NCBI GenBank assembly: GCA_017445755.1
Contig: JAFSSE010000030.1
Location: 7,890 to 71,889 of the forward strand
From: Bacteroidales bacterium
Lineage (GTDB): Bacteria > Bacteroidota > Bacteroidia > Bacteroidales > UBA932
Direction of reading: 5' to 3'
DNA length: 64,000 nt
Part shown: piece after piece, positions 59,230 to 64,000 of the stretch
How positions within the stretch are numbered: position 1 is the stretch's first letter
How the letters are laid out: each line of letters begins with the position of its first letter
Translations under genes and position numbers: made by a program
Notes under the pieces: generated by a model
What the model was told of the DNA's origin: nothing
What the model saw: only the letters and a program-made list of their open reading frames with translations
Database searches by the model: none

Positions 59230-59371
59230 ATCCGCCGCCTCGGGTTATACCGGCTTAAACAAACTACTCATCATCCTGCTCAATTGTCCGCAAGTGGGTT
59301 AAACGTTTATGATGCCTAAATAGTAGATTTATGGCGCCTACGGCAATCCATCCCTCCTATCTTCGACCATA

Positions 59372-59473
59372 GAGGTACTGAACATGCACGTTTTGAAGGG
59401 TTTTTGTGCACGATTGGTACCGCGAGGTACTGAACGTGCACGTTTTGACGGATTTTTGTGCATGGTGAGTACC
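59372..59473. repeat. Two tandem 52-bp palindromic units (REP-like)
   Basis: GAGGTACTGAACRTGCACGTTTTGA.GG.TTTTTGTGCAYG.T..GTACC at 59372 and 59424; each unit is an imperfect palindrome. Confidence 0.85.
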
Positions 59474-59553
59474 AAGGAAGGGGGCGGCGCCGCCAACTGT
59501 TTTGATTTTTCACAGGGAATCCCTATCTTTGGGGAAACCAAAACCACTTTTTT

Positions 59554-60225
59554 ATGAAGAAATACTTTGCTGAGTGTATCGGAACTATGGTTCTGACACT
59601 TTTGGGCTGCGGAACAGCCATGTTCCTCGGCTGTAACACTCCTGCCGGTGTTGTCGGTACGGCCGTCGCCTTCGGTCTTGCCGTAGTTGCAATGGCCTAC
59701 ACCATCGGCGGTGTATCCGGCTGCCACATCAACCCTGCAATCACCCTCGGCGTAGCCCTAGCGGGCCGCATGAGCTGGAAAGACGCCTGCGGATATTGGA
59801 TCGGCCAGGTAATCGGCGCCATCGTCGCCGGAGCCATCCTCCTCCTCCTGACCAAGGTCGTCGCCGCTCCCGACCTCACCGGTGGCCTCGGAACCAACGG
59901 CGTAGCAAATGCCGGCGGTATCGGAGGTGCGCTTCTCGTAGAGTGCCTCGCCACCTTCCTCTTTGTCCTCGTGGTCCTCGGAACCACTGACCCGAAGGTC
60001 GGCGCCGGCAACCTTGCCGGACTCGCAATCGGCCTTTCCCTCATCCTTATCCACCTCGTCTGCATCAACCTGACCGGAACGTCCGTCAACCCCGCCCGTT
60101 CCATCGGACCGGCCCTCTTCGCAGGCGGACAGGCCCTGAAGGATGTCTGGGTATTCATCGTTGCCCCGCTTGCCGGTGGCGCCCTCGCAGTCCCCGTCTG
60201 GAAAGCCATCGCCCCGAAGGCATAA
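59554..60225 (+). CDS. aqpZ: Aquaporin Z-like MIP channel
   Basis: SGCHINPA and SVNPARS NPA motifs; six TM helices; -7 box TATCTTTG at 59524-59531. Confidence 0.9.
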   Translation: MKKYFAECIGTMVLTLLGCGTAMFLGCNTPAGVVGTAVAFGLAVVAMAYTIGGVSGCHINPAITLGVALAGRMSWKDACGYWIGQVIGAIVAGAILLLLTKVVAAPDLTGGLGTNGVANAGGIGGALLVECLATFLFVLVVLGTTDPKVGAGNLAGLAIGLSLILIHLVCINLTGTSVNPARSIGPALFAGGQALKDVWVFIVAPLAGGALAVPVWKAIAPKA

Positions 60226-60242
60226 GTTTACTGAGCATAAGA

Positions 60243-60273
60243 AGTAAGGGTCCGGAATTTCCGGGCCCTTACT
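60243..60273. terminator. Hairpin between convergent genes (probable terminator)
   Basis: AGTAAGGGTCCGGAA-T-TTCCGGGCCCTTACT. Confidence 0.65.
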
Positions 60274-60279
60274 CATTTG

Positions 60280-61521
60280 CTATCGCTTTTTCAGCCGACC
60301 GATGGCGTGCTCCAGGGATTCTGAAGGTTCGATGATGTTGTACGCCTCCCAGAAATCGGGATCTTCGAAGAAGGACATCTGCTTTCCAAGAGAAGCATTT
60401 TCCGGGAAAGCGTCCTTCCATTTTATTTCCACCGGTTCATCCCGGCGATGAGTGACTACCATCTCGTTGACAACTGTATAGTTCGTCGAGAAAATCCGTT
60501 TTTTCCAGTCACAGCGGAAGCGGAATGAGGTCCTCATGTAACGGAGCCGGTAAAGTCCGTCAGAGGGGTCCGGAACATAGCTGATTACGAGGGTCTGCTC
60601 GAGAGGGGTGAAACGAAGGCGCGGAGGTTTTTTGACCAGCATCATACGGGTCGCCTTTTCGCGGTCGCTCATGTCGAGGGAAAGCTCCATCCTGGTGAAT
60701 GCCAGGGTTTCCCGATCAATAAAAACCAGTCCGTTATAAAGTGGATATTCGCTGAGAACGGCCCGCGGAGTGATTCTGATTACATACTGCATCCTGTCGC
60801 CGACAAAAGCCGGAGAGAGCATCTCGAGGTCATACTTCCCGATTTCTTCCGAAGCGAGAAGGAAGTTCCTGCTTTTCACCGCGTCAAGGGTCACTCCCTG
60901 GACCGGTCCTCCGAGGACCTGGACACCTAAAGTATCTGATTTTCTGGGGCTTACCAGCCGACGGCCCACACTGACGGCAACGCGGTCTCCCCATGTATCG
61001 ATATTGCCGTAGGATCGTTTCTGGAGAATTGCCACCGCCTCCGAAATATCTATGTAGCTCTGGCGCTTACGGACCGTCTCCCGATAAAAGAAATCATGGA
61101 TCTCGGTCACTGCCGGGTAGTTTTTCGGAATCCTGGAGTACGCCTCTTCCATGATAACGCGCGGATTCCCGTCCACGACCCGCGCCTCCTTAAGAAGAAG
61201 ACTGACCGGAACAAGCCGGAGGAGGATACAGTCCGCCTTCAATTCCTCACCGGAGACCGAAAGGGAAAGGTATCCCGGGCATGAGAGATCTATGCGACTT
61301 ACCGGACTTGAAGACTTGACGGAGAAAAAACCATCCTCATTGGTAACCGTATAAAAGCCGTCAGAGGTTGCAACATGGACTCCCTCCAGAGGGGTGTCCC
61401 CGTAGGAGGAAAGCACAGTCCCGGAAACCGCATACGAAAGCGAGTCCCTTTTCTCCCTGGAAAGGAGCGGAACCACTGTCAAAAAAAGCAGCCCTGCAAT
61501 GATTGTGAAAAGCCGTCGCAT
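60280..61521 (-). CDS. Carboxypeptidase-regulatory-like domain secreted protein (conserved Bacteroidales hypothetical)
   Basis: VSG.V.......L.GV......TVTN.DG.F N-terminal domain; FYRE; C-terminal DPDFW..YNIIEP.ESLE.AI. Confidence 0.75.
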   Translation of the reverse strand: MRRLFTIIAGLLFLTVVPLLSREKRDSLSYAVSGTVLSSYGDTPLEGVHVATSDGFYTVTNEDGFFSVKSSSPVSRIDLSCPGYLSLSVSGEELKADCILLRLVPVSLLLKEARVVDGNPRVIMEEAYSRIPKNYPAVTEIHDFFYRETVRKRQSYIDISEAVAILQKRSYGNIDTWGDRVAVSVGRRLVSPRKSDTLGVQVLGGPVQGVTLDAVKSRNFLLASEEIGKYDLEMLSPAFVGDRMQYVIRITPRAVLSEYPLYNGLVFIDRETLAFTRMELSLDMSDREKATRMMLVKKPPRLRFTPLEQTLVISYVPDPSDGLYRLRYMRTSFRFRCDWKKRIFSTNYTVVNEMVVTHRRDEPVEIKWKDAFPENASLGKQMSFFEDPDFWEAYNIIEPSESLEHAIGRLKKR

Positions 61522-61629
61522 ATGTTGCAAAAATAAAAATTTTCGTAGAAAAATAAACGAATTTGGCACGTATTGTTCGGGAATACGGATATTTTATTGT
61601 AAATTCGCGGGCGAAATATTTGTAATTAT

Positions 61630-64000
61630 ATGGAAAAGAAGAAAAGAGTATATCGTTTTGGCGGGAAAACCGCCGAAGGCGATGGGAAAATGAGGGAACT
61701 CCTCGGTGGAAAAGGCGCTAACCTCGCCGAAATGAGTCTCCTTGGAATGCCGGTTCCCGCCGGATTTACAATCACTACAGAGTGCTGTACTGAATACTAC
61801 CGCCTCGGTGGCGGCTACACCCCGGAGCTCCGCAAGGATGTGGCTGAAGCCCTCAAGGCGACCGAAAAGATAATGGGCAAGAAGTTCGGTGACGAGAACG
61901 ATCCGCTCCTTGTAAGCTGCCGAAGCGGCGCCCGCAGCTCCATGCCCGGCATGATGGATACGATCCTCAACATCGGACTCTGCTCCAAGACCCTCCCGGG
62001 GCTTATCAAGAAGACCGGCAACCCGCGTTTCGTATATGACGCCTACCGCCGCCTCATCATGATGTACTCCGACGTCGTCATGGAAAAGGCAGAAGGAATC
62101 GAGCCCGAAGACGGTCAGGGAATCCGCCAGCAGCTCGACCGCATGATGCAGGAGCTCAAGGACCGCAAGGGCTACAAGAGCGACACCGAGATTACCGCCG
62201 ACGAGCTGAAAGACCTCGCCGAGCAGTTCAAGGTCCGCATCAAGGAAGTCCTCGGAGTTGAATTCCCGGACGATGCCCAGGCCCAGCTCTGGGGATCCAT
62301 CGGTGGCGTTTTCAAATCCTGGAACGGCAAGAGGGCGATTCGTTACCGCCAGATTGAGCATATTCCGGATGACTGGGGCACGGCCGTCAATGTCCAGTCC
62401 ATGGTCTTCGGAAACATGGGAGAGACCTCCGCAACGGGTGTCGCCTTCTCCCGCAACCCTGCGAACGGGGACAATAAATTCTACGGCGAGTGGCTCATCA
62501 ACGCCCAGGGCGAGGATGTGGTCGCCGGTATCCGTACCCCGAACCCCCTCAACGAGGCCACCAAGAGCGAGAAGAACAAGAACCTCGCCTCCCTCGAAAC
62601 CGCGATGCCGGAGGTCTATAAGGAGCTCGACGGTATCCGTACCCGACTCGAGGAGCATTTCCAGGATATGCAGGACATCGAATTCACAATCCAGGAAGGC
62701 AAGCTCTGGATGCTCCAGTGCCGTATCGGCAAGCGCACCGGCCTTGCCGCCCTCCAGATGGCGGTCGACATGGTCGACGAAGGTCTCATCGACGAGAAGA
62801 CGGCCGTGATGAGGGTTGCCCCGCCCAGCTCGACGAGGTGCTCCACCCGATTCTTGACCCCGCCTCCGAAAAAAAGGCCGAGATTCTCGCCCAGGGTCTC
62901 CCCGCCTCCCCTGGCGGCGCCGTCGGAGAGATTGTATTCACCTCCGAGGACGCTATCAAATGCGCCGCGGCCGGACGCAAGTGCATCCTCGTCCGCGAGG
63001 AGACTTCTCCGGAAGATATCGACGGTATGCACGCTTCGGTCGGTATCCTGACCGAGCGCGGCGGCATGACCTCCCACGCGGCGCTTGTCGCCCGCGGCTG
63101 GGGCAAGTGCTGCATCGTCGGCTGCGACGCCCTGAAGATCGATTTCAACGCAAAGAAAGTCAGCTTCGGCGGCAAGGTGACCCTCAAGGAAGGCGACGCC
63201 ATCAGCTTGAACGGTGCCAAGGGTCTCGTATACGCAGGCGCCATCGAGACCATGGACGCCTCCGAGAACCCGCTCTTCGCGAAATTCATGGGACTCTGCG
63301 ACAAGTTCCGCAAACTCGGAATCCGTACCAATGCGGATACGCCTGAGGACGCCGCACGTGCCCTGAAGTTCGGTGCCGAGGGCATCGGGCTCTTCCGTAT
63401 CGAGCACATGTTCTACGGAAAGAACTCCGACACCCCGCTTTCCAAGCTTCGCAAGATGATTCTCTGCAACACGGAGCAGGAGCGCAAGGCAGCCCTTGCC
63501 GAACTCGAGCCCTACATGAAGGCCGCAGTCAAGGAGACCCTCCGGATCATGGACGGGAAACCGGTTGTCTTCCGCCTCCTCGACCCGCCGCTCCATGAAT
63601 TCGTCCCGAAGACTGAGGACAAGAAGAAGGAAATCGCCTCCGACCTCGGCATTTCCGTCAAGGAAATCGAGAAGAGGGGTGAATCCCTCCACGAGGTGAA
63701 CCCGATGATGGGTCACCGCGGAGTCCGTCTCCATGTCTCCTATCCGTTGATTGCCGAAACCCAGTACAGGGCCATCTTCACCGCCACCGCCGAACTCCAG
63801 AAGGAAGGCCTCCGCCCGATGCCTGAAATCATGATTCCGGTTACGATTTCCGCCCGTGAGCTCAGCTTCCAGAGGGCTATCTGCGACAAGATCAAGGCCG
63901 AAGTAGAGGCAACGACCCAGCAGTTCCTCGAGTACAAGTTCGGTACCATGATCGAGATCCCCCGCGCCGCACTGACCGCCGACAGGATGGCCCGCGCAGC
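61630..64000 (+). CDS. ppdK: Pyruvate, phosphate dikinase, with a 1-bp frameshift at ~62819-62822; 3'-truncated by window edge
   Basis: GGKGANLAEM, SMPGMMDT and QGEDVVAGIRTP in the first frame; after the shift AQLDEVLHP, GGMTSHAA (phospho-His), GLFR.EHMF, E.NPMMGHRG and GTMIEIPRA. Confidence 0.93.

Noticed and set aside
62820-63051. Apparent novel Pro/Ser/Arg-rich C-terminus of a 473-aa PPDK
   Set aside because: This is out-of-frame translation after the frameshift. I also saw no canonical slippery heptamer at the site to suggest programmed frameshifting.

Overview
A GC-rich Bacteroidales chromosome segment. The taxon is inferred from SusC/SusD pairs, Bacteroidota TAnnTTTG -7 promoter boxes and Bacteroidota-type gene order. 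(i) 1-18.5 kb: an 11-gene polysaccharide-utilisation-like locus with a LacI regulator, two tandem SusC/SusD pairs, two paralogous BNR-4-type beta-propeller proteins, a metallophosphoesterase lipoprotein and FN3, DUF1735-like and BACON lipoproteins, but no canonical glycoside hydrolase that I can recognise. (ii) 18.5-39 kb: housekeeping genes (gdhA, korAB, skp, bamA, uppS, nadK, pdxJ, GT4, LysM, recN, rpoZ, bamD, trxB, CPA2 antiporter, Fur-family regulator, NigD-like lipoprotein). (iii) tRNA-His followed by an AT-rich two-gene cassette bracketed by an exact 29-bp direct repeat that derives from a palindromic tandem repeat. (iv) EEP protein, large metallophosphoesterase, sod, tRNA-Val, a thioester-less alpha-2-macroglobulin, rpsO-pnp, PIN-PhoH downstream of a degenerate PurL-half protein, folC, aquaporin, and a ppdK with a 1-bp frameshift that runs off the window. 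Several families of intergenic palindromic elements recur. I saw no CRISPR array, integrase or transposase. All calls are by eye and motif recognition; no database searches were run.
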